From positions 1 to 6,888 of IMG/VR virus record IMGVR_UViG_3300002703_000260: 6,888 nt of DNA; one strand, given 5' to 3'. The DNA is from a virus. The notes beneath the pieces were generated by a model, which saw only the letters and a list, made by a program, of their open reading frames with translations, was not told the DNA's origin and did no database searches. Position numbers and translations under genes: made by a program. Shown here piece after piece: positions 1 to 6,200 of the stretch (positions are counted from its first letter, which is position 1; every line of letters begins with the position of its first letter).

Positions 1-59
1 ATTATGCGAAGCGCCCAATCTGAATGGATCACCACAGGTGGCCGGGTTTGCCGGTTCCG
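1..59. repeat. Left copy of the 59-bp exact direct terminal repeat (identical to 6830-6888)
   Basis: Base-by-base comparison: attatgcgaagcgcccaatctgaatggatcaccacaggtggccgggtttgccggttccg occurs at both window ends. Confidence 0.97.
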
Positions 60-1306
60 ACGACGACGAGATCGGATTGCCGGGATGACGCCTGCCCGGT
101 TCCCCGCGGCACGCCGCTTGGGGAACCTGACAGGCTATTGACCGTGCGTTCGTTGACTCGGCCCTTGAGGTCGAGCGGCCATGTCCGGGCAACATGGGAA
201 ACGCCCTGTTTTTCGAGCAGCAGCCCGTAACCGGTTCGTGTGACGGTCCAGCCCATGGCCTCGATCTCACGAACGTACATGCGTTCCTTGACGTTGTAGG
301 AGCTGTCGAGCAATTCGATCTGGCCCATAAGGCGCTTACCTTCCTTCTGGCTGTCGATGATGCCGGTAGCCCTAACGGTGTACTTCTGCGCGAGATTGTC
401 CAGGTAGTCGATTGCATGCACCTCGTCGCCCTGGTCGGCAGTTGGCGATGACTGGGCAACGTGCAACGTTGGCGGATCAGGATTGACGAGACCAGCCGGA
501 GGCTGTTCATAAACAACAGGTGCAGCCTTGGCGACAGTGACCTTGGTGGCCGGCTCAGAGTTGACGGGACCGCTACCGCCGAAGAAGCCAATGAGGTGAA
601 ACACGGCATAGCCGGCAAGAACGAAGGCAGCAGGAACGCCCATGGCAAGTGCTCTGGAGTTCTTGAGGACGTTTGTGCGGCCGGTCTGGTAAACGCCAGT
701 GCCTACGCCTTCACGGCGGACGGACGAGTAAAGACCAAAGTATTTCGAGTCATACGAACGGACCCCCGAACCGATCTTCACAAATCGGCCCTTGGCTTGC
801 TTCTGCAGCTGCTCCCACTTGTACTGATTGGGACGCCCAACCGCCTGCAGCTTGAGGAAGTAAACAATGTCCTCAATTCGGCTGCGGATGATCTTGTGCA
901 CGTCATCGCGGTCCTGACCCATGATGACGATTTCAAGCCCGCGATGCCGATGCTCGGTCCAGAACTTCTGCTGATTGAGAGGCAGCTTGTAATTACCGCT
1001 CGGAAAATAGTCCTGAATCTCGTCCCAGACGATCATCGCGTTATCGGGCGTACGATCGGCGAACTCGTTCTTCACGCGCTCAATGTCGGCGGCCTCCCCG
1101 TCCTGCTCGGCCGGCTCGATGTACAGCAGCAGCATGCGGACATACTCGACAGGCTCGTCCAGTAGCTCAGCGAACTTGTCCCAGTTGACGCCGCGAATAT
1201 TGGTAATAACCTGCCGTCCGGACTTGAGAGCGGGCAGGATGTGATAGACGCATGCTTCGTAACTCTTGCCAGCGCCCGGCAAGCCTTCGTGAAAGTGAAT
1301 AGCCAT
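29..1306 (-). CDS. zot: Zot / pI-family phage assembly ATPase, 425 aa from the ATG at 1306
   Basis: N-terminus MAIHFHEGLPGAGKSYEA carries a Walker A motif (GAGKS) and a Walker B-like MIVWDE. A single central TM (VPAAFVLAGYAVFHLIGFF) is followed by a C-terminal domain. It is the last gene of the morphogenesis block. The track start at 1312 is TTG; the ATG at 1306 overlaps the upstream stop as TAATG. Confidence 0.85.
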   Translation of the reverse strand: MAIHFHEGLPGAGKSYEACVYHILPALKSGRQVITNIRGVNWDKFAELLDEPVEYVRMLLLYIEPAEQDGEAADIERVKNEFADRTPDNAMIVWDEIQDYFPSGNYKLPLNQQKFWTEHRHRGLEIVIMGQDRDDVHKIIRSRIEDIVYFLKLQAVGRPNQYKWEQLQKQAKGRFVKIGSGVRSYDSKYFGLYSSVRREGVGTGVYQTGRTNVLKNSRALAMGVPAAFVLAGYAVFHLIGFFGGSGPVNSEPATKVTVAKAAPVVYEQPPAGLVNPDPPTLHVAQSSPTADQGDEVHAIDYLDNLAQKYTVRATGIIDSQKEGKRLMGQIELLDSSYNVKERMYVREIEAMGWTVTRTGYGLLLEKQGVSHVARTWPLDLKGRVNERTVNSLSGSPSGVPRGTGQASSRQSDLVVVGTGKPGHLW

Positions 1307-1599
1307 TACCAACGCCCCAGAGTGATGGCCTTGCGAGCAAGGCGGAAAAGGACAGCAGCAAGCAGGATGCCGAATGCCTGGCTTATGCCGGACTGGCTGA
1401 GGAAAAACCCGATGAACTCCATCGTTGGGCCGAGATGGTCGCTGATCGAAGTGCCCATGAAGTCAGGGGGTTGGATAGTGCCGAGAACCTCAAGCACACC
1501 GTCAAGGAACTTCTTTAGGAGCTGGATCGGCAGGTCGGCAAGGTACTCGGTAAAGTCATCCCAAAGGCCTTTCCAGAATTCAAGCGTAAAGATTTCCAT
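1306..1599 (-). CDS. g6-like minor coat / small membrane protein (97 aa), by its position between the adsorption protein and Zot
   Basis: ATG at 1599 preceded by GAGGTG. Hydrophobic C-terminal half (FIGFFLSQSGISQAFGILLAAVLF). The stop TAA shares one base with the zot ATG. Function is assigned by synteny only. Confidence 0.6.
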   Translation of the reverse strand: MEIFTLEFWKGLWDDFTEYLADLPIQLLKKFLDGVLEVLGTIQPPDFMGTSISDHLGPTMEFIGFFLSQSGISQAFGILLAAVLFRLARKAITLGRW

Positions 1600-1607
1600 T
1601 GCTCACC

Positions 1608-2990
1608 TCACAGGAACGCAATGCGGAATGCGAGAAAAGACGCAGCAGCGATGATGACGGCTGCAATTGCGGACCACGGAATGTCACCGGTGCAGAACTG
1701 GTCAAAGTCGAAGTCAAAGACCCACGTTGAAACACTCCAGCGCGGGCATGCGCCAGAAGCGTTAAACGTGAGGAACTTCGTTGTTTGCACACTTACGGGC
1801 AACAACTGAACCTTCTGCGAAAATTCGGTCAGCACGCTTCCGAACGTGTCCTCACCCGGAGTAAACCAATCTTGTGCGCCAACTTCTGAACCGCCGGGAC
1901 CGCCGGGAAGGCCGCCGCCACAATTGCCCGTTGCACAATCACCGAAGCCGTCCCCATCCGCGTCAGGGTTTGAGGACTTATTTGGACAAAGCGGGCCGGT
2001 ACAGGTTGAGTTAGAACCCGTAGTCTGCCCATTTGCATTCTTTGTTGTGGTGGTGGTAACGGTCGTGGTGGTAGTCGTACAGTTTTTTATGCCCTTACAG
2101 GTGGTGCTAGTTGCGGTGTCGGTTTTAGTTGTGGTCGTAGTGCCATCAGGATTTGTCTTTGTAGTCGCCTCAGTCCTGATATCAATGCCGTTTTTGTCAG
2201 GGGCTTTAGGAACACATGTTCTAACCCCATTAACCTCGCCGCATGACTCCCCGGTATTTTCTTCGCTTTTCTTGGACTCGCAAACTTGCTTGTCACCAAC
2301 GGTTGTATATACACAAGGCTTTTCTTCTTTAACGGTTTCAGGATCAACCGAGTCGCTTACGTCTTCTGCAACCTCAGTACCGGTTCCAGTTGTAGAGCAC
2401 TGCTGTCCGGTATAGCCCATGAGGCCACGGCAAAGGTAAGGGCCTGCGGTGAACGTCTTACACCGGAGATCGGTTATCTCAACAGCGCAACCGTCCTTAC
2501 AGCCTTGACGCTGCGGAATGCCATAGCCGCCTGACGATATGTTCATAAAGTTGTCAGGCGCTGTGCCAGCCCTAGAAAAAGGAGCCTCAAGGCCCTCTTT
2601 ATCCTTACAGGGATTAACCGGAACATCGCACTTGCCAAGAGCGGGATCATATTGAGCGCCACCGGGGCATGAATCACCAGTACGGCTGACAGAGCCAGTG
2701 AAAGTGGCGATATTGCCATCGGATAAACGGCGAACCCTTACGACGCAGGTGAATGAAGCGGGATTCGACGTAGCACTTAACGTGTGCGAGTCATAAACAC
2801 TGGTGCCCTGAGGATGTACGTAAGACTTAGCACCGACAGAACATGCTTCTTCAGCAGATTGAAACTTAGTAGAACTACCGACAGTGAATGTGGTAGCAGG
2901 CCGAATAAATGAGAATTCGTAATCGACCGCAAACGCAGGCACCGAAATTAACGAGAGGACAAGAAGCCCGAGATAATTGCCCAAGCGCAT
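1608..2990 (-). CDS. g3p/CoaA-like adsorption (minor coat) protein, 460 aa from the ATG at 2990
   Basis: The ATG at 2990 is preceded by a GGGGGG RBS and followed by a signal peptide MRLGNYLGLLVLSLISVPAFA/VD. The protein has 22 Cys, a Thr-rich linker (about 1995-2174), a Gly-rich linker (about 1887-1958) and a C-terminal TM anchor (AIAAVIIAAASFLAFRIAFL). The track's longer ORF to 3128 would overlap the coat gene and is Arg-rich. Confidence 0.75.
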   Translation of the reverse strand: MRLGNYLGLLVLSLISVPAFAVDYEFSFIRPATTFTVGSSTKFQSAEEACSVGAKSYVHPQGTSVYDSHTLSATSNPASFTCVVRVRRLSDGNIATFTGSVSRTGDSCPGGAQYDPALGKCDVPVNPCKDKEGLEAPFSRAGTAPDNFMNISSGGYGIPQRQGCKDGCAVEITDLRCKTFTAGPYLCRGLMGYTGQQCSTTGTGTEVAEDVSDSVDPETVKEEKPCVYTTVGDKQVCESKKSEENTGESCGEVNGVRTCVPKAPDKNGIDIRTEATTKTNPDGTTTTTKTDTATSTTCKGIKNCTTTTTTVTTTTTKNANGQTTGSNSTCTGPLCPNKSSNPDADGDGFGDCATGNCGGGLPGGPGGSEVGAQDWFTPGEDTFGSVLTEFSQKVQLLPVSVQTTKFLTFNASGACPRWSVSTWVFDFDFDQFCTGDIPWSAIAAVIIAAASFLAFRIAFL

Positions 2991-3048
2991 AACGCCCCCC
3001 AAAAGAACAGTCCGAATTGAATGAGCATGTTTGATCCTCAGAAACGAT

Positions 3049-3070
3049 GAAGGCCCCCGAAGGGGCCTCC
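3049..3070 (-). terminator. Hairpin terminator candidate just downstream of the major coat gene
   Basis: AGGCCCC-cgaa-GGGGCCT forms a 7-bp GC stem (3051-3057 with 3062-3068). On the minus strand it is followed by TCATCGTTTCTG. The position matches the terminator after g8 in Ff phages. The T tract is weak. Confidence 0.5.
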
Positions 3071-3091
3071 GGCGAGGCGACAGCGTGGTTC

Positions 3092-3226
3092 TTAACGGAA
3101 CCAGCCGATGACCTTGTTGAAGCCCCATTTGGCGACGCCGGGCAGAACCTTGATTGCAGCGATGGCAGCAATAGCAGCCACGATAGTGGAAGCGTCAACA
3201 GCACTTACGATGGAAGAAAAGTCCAT
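3092..3226 (-). CDS. Major coat protein, 44 aa, Pf3-like architecture without a signal peptide
   Basis: Hand translation gives MDFSSIVSAVDASTIVAAIAAIAAIKVLPGVAKWGFNKVIGWFR: acidic N-terminus, about 20-aa hydrophobic core, basic/aromatic C-terminus. A GAGGAG RBS lies 8 nt upstream. The gene sits between the ssDNA-binding region and g3p. It is below the ORF-track size cutoff. Confidence 0.8.
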   Translation of the reverse strand: MDFSSIVSAVDASTIVAAIAAIAAIKVLPGVAKWGFNKVIGWFR

Positions 3227-3231
3227 GTTTG

Positions 3232-3507
3232 TTACTCCTCGTTGATTACAGTGTCATCGGTGCGTGAGTTGATGTAACTCACTACAACACCGAACGCCCA
3301 GGCAGAAAGCCAGAGCATTAGCGGCAGAGTCAGCCCAGCAGCGAAAGCGGTCTGAACAGTCTCTGGTTCCGGTACTGCGAAGAGCGCCGCCAGCGTTGGC
3401 GTACTGGCGAACTCTTGCGCGGTCATAAGTGCGTAGCCCGAGCAGGCGTCGGAATACTCACCGACAGCGGTGAGGGTCGAGCCGACCAGTTCTACGCAAA
3501 GCGCCAT
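3232..3507 (-). CDS. Hypothetical small membrane protein (91 aa), possible g7/g9-equivalent virion or assembly protein
   Basis: The ATG at 3507 lies 2 nt after the upstream stop. GC3 is high and there is a C-terminal TM (LTLPLMLWLSAWAFGVVVSYI). It lies directly upstream of the coat gene. No motif recognised. Confidence 0.55.
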   Translation of the reverse strand: MALCVELVGSTLTAVGEYSDACSGYALMTAQEFASTPTLAALFAVPEPETVQTAFAAGLTLPLMLWLSAWAFGVVVSYINSRTDDTVINEE

Positions 3508-3509
3508 GG

Positions 3510-3809
3510 TCAGCCGGCAACCTTGGCAGGGGCGACGGCAGCGGGCGCCGGGTTAGCAATGCGGCGGGCTTGGCGCGGGTCCACCTCGAAATGGATGCGG
3601 TCATCCTTGATCGAGCAGCTGACGTCGCACTCGTAATGGCCGACCGGCAAAACTTCGTTCTGAGAGGCGGCGTAGTAGCTGAACTTCTGCGGATACGGGA
3701 CGCCCGGCAGATGCGCATAGGCTTCGGCCATCCAGTAGGCCTTTTGCGACTTGGTGGCGATGCCGGTACGGAAGTTGCCGGTGGTTTCGATCTTGATAGT
3801 CATAGCCAT
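3510..3809 (-). CDS. g5p-like single-stranded DNA-binding protein (99 aa)
   Basis: AAGAGG RBS 8 nt upstream of the ATG at 3809. Size, position after Rep and the small ORFs, and the pattern AYAHLPGVPYPQKF...LPVGHYECD resemble OB-fold helix-destabilising proteins of Pseudomonas/Xanthomonas-type inoviruses. This resemblance is from memory. Confidence 0.65.
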   Translation of the reverse strand: MAMTIKIETTGNFRTGIATKSQKAYWMAEAYAHLPGVPYPQKFSYYAASQNEVLPVGHYECDVSCSIKDDRIHFEVDPRQARRIANPAPAAVAPAKVAG

Positions 3810-3821
3810 GGGTATTGCCTC

Positions 3822-4094
3822 TTAAAAGCCGAACAGGTCGGCAACGCAGGGAGTGCCACGCTCTTGGCGTTCCAAGAACCATTGGCGTTCGGGCTTGATG
3901 CCCTGGGACTGGCGAGCTTCGAGCGCTGCCAGGGTTTCGTTTACTTGCTGCTGCAGAACCGGGTTCACGAATGGCCGGGCCTGCTGTTGCTCTTGAAGGC
4001 GGCGGCGCTGGCCGCTGGTGAGCTGGGTGCCTTGGAAGCTAACGGTGCGAAGGGTCATGCCCTCCCCCGGCTTGCTTTCGGTCATCTGGATCAT
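3822..4094 (-). CDS. Hypothetical Gln/Arg-rich protein (90 aa from the ATG at 4094)
   Basis: The ATG at 4094 is preceded by GGAG 8 nt upstream and overlaps the upstream stop as ATGA. The track's longer version starts at a GTG (4211) and adds an Arg-rich, implausible extension. Confidence 0.55.
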   Translation of the reverse strand: MIQMTESKPGEGMTLRTVSFQGTQLTSGQRRRLQEQQQARPFVNPVLQQQVNETLAALEARQSQGIKPERQWFLERQERGTPCVADLFGF

Positions 4095-4177
4095 GGGCGG
4101 AACTCCAAGCGAACGAGGTAGAGCGCAATGGCGCCACCGGCGAGGGTGGCCAGAAGAGAGAGGGTCGCGGAAATCAC
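4091..4177 (-). CDS. 28-aa hydrophobic micro-protein (MISATLSLLATLAGGAIALYLVRLEFRP), GTG start
   Basis: Hand translation. GTGA overlap with the upstream stop and ATGA overlap with the downstream start. GC3 is about 70 percent and there is a single TM-like segment. It exactly fills the gap between two better-supported genes. Confidence 0.45.
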   Translation of the reverse strand: MISATLSLLATLAGGAIALYLVRLEFRP

Positions 4178-4344
4178 TTGGCACCCCGACGCTTCGGCGA
4201 TGTTTCAACACGAACGCAACGGGCGAACTCAGCCTCGGTGAAGTCGGCCCAGTCAGCTGGCGTGTGATGGATGCCGGCTTGCTTGCTGTACGCCTTGATC
4301 AGGCGATCACGGTTTGCGCCTTTCCACAGCAGGAAAGCGTTCAT
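4174..4344 (-). CDS. 56-aa basic protein coupled to Rep, with an HMG-box-like signature
   Basis: The ATG at 4344 overlaps the rep stop as ATGA. Sequence: MNAFLLWKGANRDRLIKAYSKQAGIHHTPADWADFTEAEFARCVRVETSPKRRGAK. The upstream part of the track's 126-aa ORF overlaps rep out of frame and is discounted. Confidence 0.55.
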   Translation of the reverse strand: MNAFLLWKGANRDRLIKAYSKQAGIHHTPADWADFTEAEFARCVRVETSPKRRGAK

Positions 4345-5471
4345 GCGGCCACCTGCAGATGGTTCGGGCGCTGATACCAGCTCGGGATGGCCAGCACGGT
4401 CGACTTGGTGATTTCGCGGGCCTGACGGACGAAGACCGGCGCGAAGCGCGAGGTATCGCAGGCGTTGCGAATGTTGATGCCGATGCGGTTGAGGCGAGCG
4501 GCGTGGGTCTTCACGGCAGACTTGTCGAAGTCGAACTGTTGCCCGTGCATCCACTGAATCGCATACATGGCGGTGGTATTTGCTGCACGGGTGGTGTCTA
4601 CGATCTGCTCAGCCAAGAGCTGTTCGGATATGGAAACGATGTCCATGGCGGTCACCTTCAGTCGCTCGTCAATTCTCAAAAACTCGTCGTGGAGTTCGGC
4701 AAAACGCCGCTCGTCAAAGAGGCCCCAATAGGCCAAGCATTCGCGCTGCAAAAATTCGTTTTTCAGCTCCTGCTCCATCCGAACCACGCCATGAAGGGCG
4801 CAGTAGTCGCGGACGCGCTGCACGTACAGGAACTCGGGAGATTCATCGCCGTACAGGCGCTTGATCTTCGGGAGCAGGTTCTCGTCCAGCTCGAAAGCCT
4901 TGTCGTAGGCCTTGCGGTACTGGAGGCGCCCGCCTTTGCCGTTGCCCTTCGGGGTCCATGCGACGGTGCGGCCGTTGGGATACAAGAAGCCGATGCTGTG
5001 CCCGATGCGCTGGGAGGACACACCGCGCAGGTAAGCCAGCACATTGCCCTCGCCTACCGATACGTTCGTGGTGAGATCGATGCGCTCGATCTTGGCGCCG
5101 TCTGCCACACGATCACCGGTCTTTGCACCTGATGCGCCGTCCCGCAGATCAACACGGGTGCAGCGAGTGAAGCCCGGCAGACCGTACTCAGCCAGAAGCT
5201 GGTTGTAGACCGAGACACACTGCTCGATGGTCGAGAAGCCGAACAGGTTATCGAGGCGCCCTACCCGGCTTGGGTTGCCCTCGACGCGGATTTTCCGCCC
5301 CTGCACATGGATCGTGACCGACGTGGAATAGCTGGCCTCATGCTTGAAGCGAGGCTGACGGGTGGAAAGCACCTCATTGGTGTTCGTATCGATTGTGATC
5401 GTCATCACATCGCACACGACCGGAAGATCGTGAGTGTGCTCCTGTGAGATCGTAAGCCAATCGATGAACAT
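4341..5471 (-). CDS. Rolling-circle replication initiation protein (gII / Rep_trans / phage CRI-like), 376 aa from the ATG at 5471
   Basis: MFIDWLTISQEH N-terminus, VEGNPSRVGRLDNLFG, RIDLTTNV and a RKAYDK (YDK Tyr) motif are typical of filamentous-phage and Rep_trans initiators as I recall them. It is the first and largest gene of the train. The track start at 5486 is TTG and remains possible. Confidence 0.8.
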   Translation of the reverse strand: MFIDWLTISQEHTHDLPVVCDVMTITIDTNTNEVLSTRQPRFKHEASYSTSVTIHVQGRKIRVEGNPSRVGRLDNLFGFSTIEQCVSVYNQLLAEYGLPGFTRCTRVDLRDGASGAKTGDRVADGAKIERIDLTTNVSVGEGNVLAYLRGVSSQRIGHSIGFLYPNGRTVAWTPKGNGKGGRLQYRKAYDKAFELDENLLPKIKRLYGDESPEFLYVQRVRDYCALHGVVRMEQELKNEFLQRECLAYWGLFDERRFAELHDEFLRIDERLKVTAMDIVSISEQLLAEQIVDTTRAANTTAMYAIQWMHGQQFDFDKSAVKTHAARLNRIGINIRNACDTSRFAPVFVRQAREITKSTVLAIPSWYQRPNHLQVAA

Positions 5472-5507
5472 TCCATTTCCCGTCAAGGTCCATAACCTGA
5501 CTGCGAA

Positions 5508-5535
5508 GGTATAAGATCGTACACCCTAGCGTCAA
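5508..5535 (-). promoter_or_regulatory. Candidate sigma70 promoter for the rep operon
   Basis: On the minus strand: TTGACG (complement of 5530-5535), 16 nt spacer, TATACC (complement of 5508-5513), about 35 nt upstream of the rep ATG. Confidence 0.4.
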
Positions 5536-5543
5536 GCACAATG

Positions 5544-5561
5544 TGACACCCTGCGGTGTCA
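5544..5561. promoter_or_regulatory. Operator candidate: perfect palindrome TGACACC-ctgc-GGTGTCA
   Basis: A 7-bp perfect inverted repeat with a 4-bp spacer lies between the divergent rep and XRE genes, directly upstream of a TATATT -10-like box (5562-5567). A related half-site ACACCCTaGCG lies at 5521-5531 inside the putative rep promoter spacer. Confidence 0.5.
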
Positions 5562-5566
5562 TATAT

Positions 5567-5578
5567 TGACGCTGGTCA
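5567..5578. promoter_or_regulatory. Second short palindrome TGAC-gctg-GTCA
   Basis: It shares the TGAC/GTCA ends and 4-bp spacer of the 5544-5561 palindrome and lies just upstream of the XRE RBS. Confidence 0.3.
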
Positions 5579-5595
5579 AACATACAGGAGTGATG

Positions 5596-5970
5596 ATGCT
5601 CGGCAACGAAGAACCACACGGCGGCGACTCCATGACAATCGGCGAGAACCTAAAGCGGGCGCGGGCTGCAGCAGGACTGACCCAGCAGCAGGTGTGGGAG
5701 GCTGCCGGCATGTCCGAGTCCGCGTACAAAGGCTATGAGAAAGGCGAACGGCCACCACCAGGGGACAAGATCGCAGTCCTTGCCCGCGTGCTCGGGGTCG
5801 CAACTGACGAATTGCTGCTAGACGAGGCAGAGCGAAGCGGCAGCGCAGAATTCAGGGCGATGTGGCGCCGACTAGAGATGCTCCCCGAGGACATGCGTGA
5901 GCAAGCGAAGATCGCGATGCGGGGCGTGCTCATGAGCATCGAGCAGGAAGCGCTGAGGAAGGCGGGATAG
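5596..5970 (+). CDS. XRE/Cro-CI family HTH transcriptional repressor (124 aa from the ATG at 5596)
   Basis: IGENLKRARAAAGLTQQQVWEAAGMSESAYKGYEKGERPP...LARVLGVATDELL is a classic HTH_XRE pattern, followed by a helical extension of about 50 aa. AGGAG (5586-5590) lies 5 nt before the ATG at 5596. The track start at 5566 is TTG and sits inside the operator region. Confidence 0.8.
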   Translation: MLGNEEPHGGDSMTIGENLKRARAAAGLTQQQVWEAAGMSESAYKGYEKGERPPPGDKIAVLARVLGVATDELLLDEAERSGSAEFRAMWRRLEMLPEDMREQAKIAMRGVLMSIEQEALRKAG

Positions 5971-5971
5971 G

Positions 5972-6151
5972 ATGAAGTGGATTTTGATCATATACCTCGG
6001 CGCCGCTACAGAGCCGACCGTCATCGTTGATTCATACGAGTCAGAAGCTCAGTGCGGCATCGCAGCAGACCTGATCATCGCCGCCGACATCGCAGCTAGA
6101 GGGTCAGAGAGTGACTACTCGACAGTCTGCCAAGAACGGATGAAATCCTAG
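5972..6151 (+). CDS. 59-aa hypothetical protein coupled to the repressor gene (MKWILIIYLGAATEP...)
   Basis: Hand translation. The ATG lies 1 nt after the XRE stop, with GAGGAAGG upstream. GC3 is about 64 percent. The N-terminus is hydrophobic and signal-like, and there are two Cys. One residue below the track cutoff. Confidence 0.45.
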   Translation: MKWILIIYLGAATEPTVIVDSYESEAQCGIAADLIIAADIAARGSESDYSTVCQERMKS

Positions 6152-6154
6152 GGC

Positions 6155-6200
6155 TGGTACGGGAATCCATACCAAAGTGGGGGTGTAACAGCACCCCCAC
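6155..6200. other. Two adjacent stem-loops at the start of the intergenic region
   Basis: Hairpin 1, 6155-6174: 7 bp with one mismatch and a GAAT loop. Hairpin 2, 6177-6200: GTGGGGGTG-taacag-CACCCCCAC, 9 perfect bp. On the minus strand hairpin 2 is followed by TTTGG, so it may terminate minus-strand transcription. Confidence 0.5.

Noticed and set aside
24-230. 68-aa plus-strand ORF at the window start.
   Set aside because: It is antisense to the zot C-terminus, Pro/Arg/Ser-rich, and partly inside the terminal repeat. Nothing supports it as coding.
461-1165. Long plus-strand ORF (234 aa) antisense to zot. Similar ORFs occur at 1846-2415, 3570-4121 and 4314-5132.
   Set aside because: These are typical antisense shadow ORFs of high-GC coding DNA. 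They are rich in Arg, Leu, Gly, Val and Pro, carry no recognisable motifs, and each lies fully inside a well-supported minus-strand gene.
1995-2174. Repetitive ACN-rich DNA that might be read as a tandem repeat or CRISPR-like array.
   Set aside because: It is in-frame coding for the Thr-rich linker of the adsorption protein. It has no regular repeat-spacer periodicity, and no CRISPR array exists in the window.
2991-3128. 5' extension of the adsorption-protein ORF (track start at 3128).
   Set aside because: The extension is Arg/Pro/Ser-rich, runs through the terminator hairpin and overlaps the coat gene. An internal ATG at 2990 with a G-rich RBS is followed directly by a textbook signal peptide.
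4095-4554. Long versions of the 129-aa (3822-4211) and 126-aa (4174-4554) ORFs.
   Set aside because: The upstream portions are Arg-rich, begin at a non-ATG codon or overlap rep out of frame. Internal ATGs with RBS or ATGA coupling give a non-overlapping, compact arrangement.
6155-6174. A tRNA 3'-fragment-like stretch (GGGAATCC ... ACCA) that might mark a tRNA-type attP.
   Set aside because: The loop is not the conserved T-loop (GGTTCGAATCC type), there is no acceptor-stem complement, and no integrase is present. It is better read as a simple hairpin.
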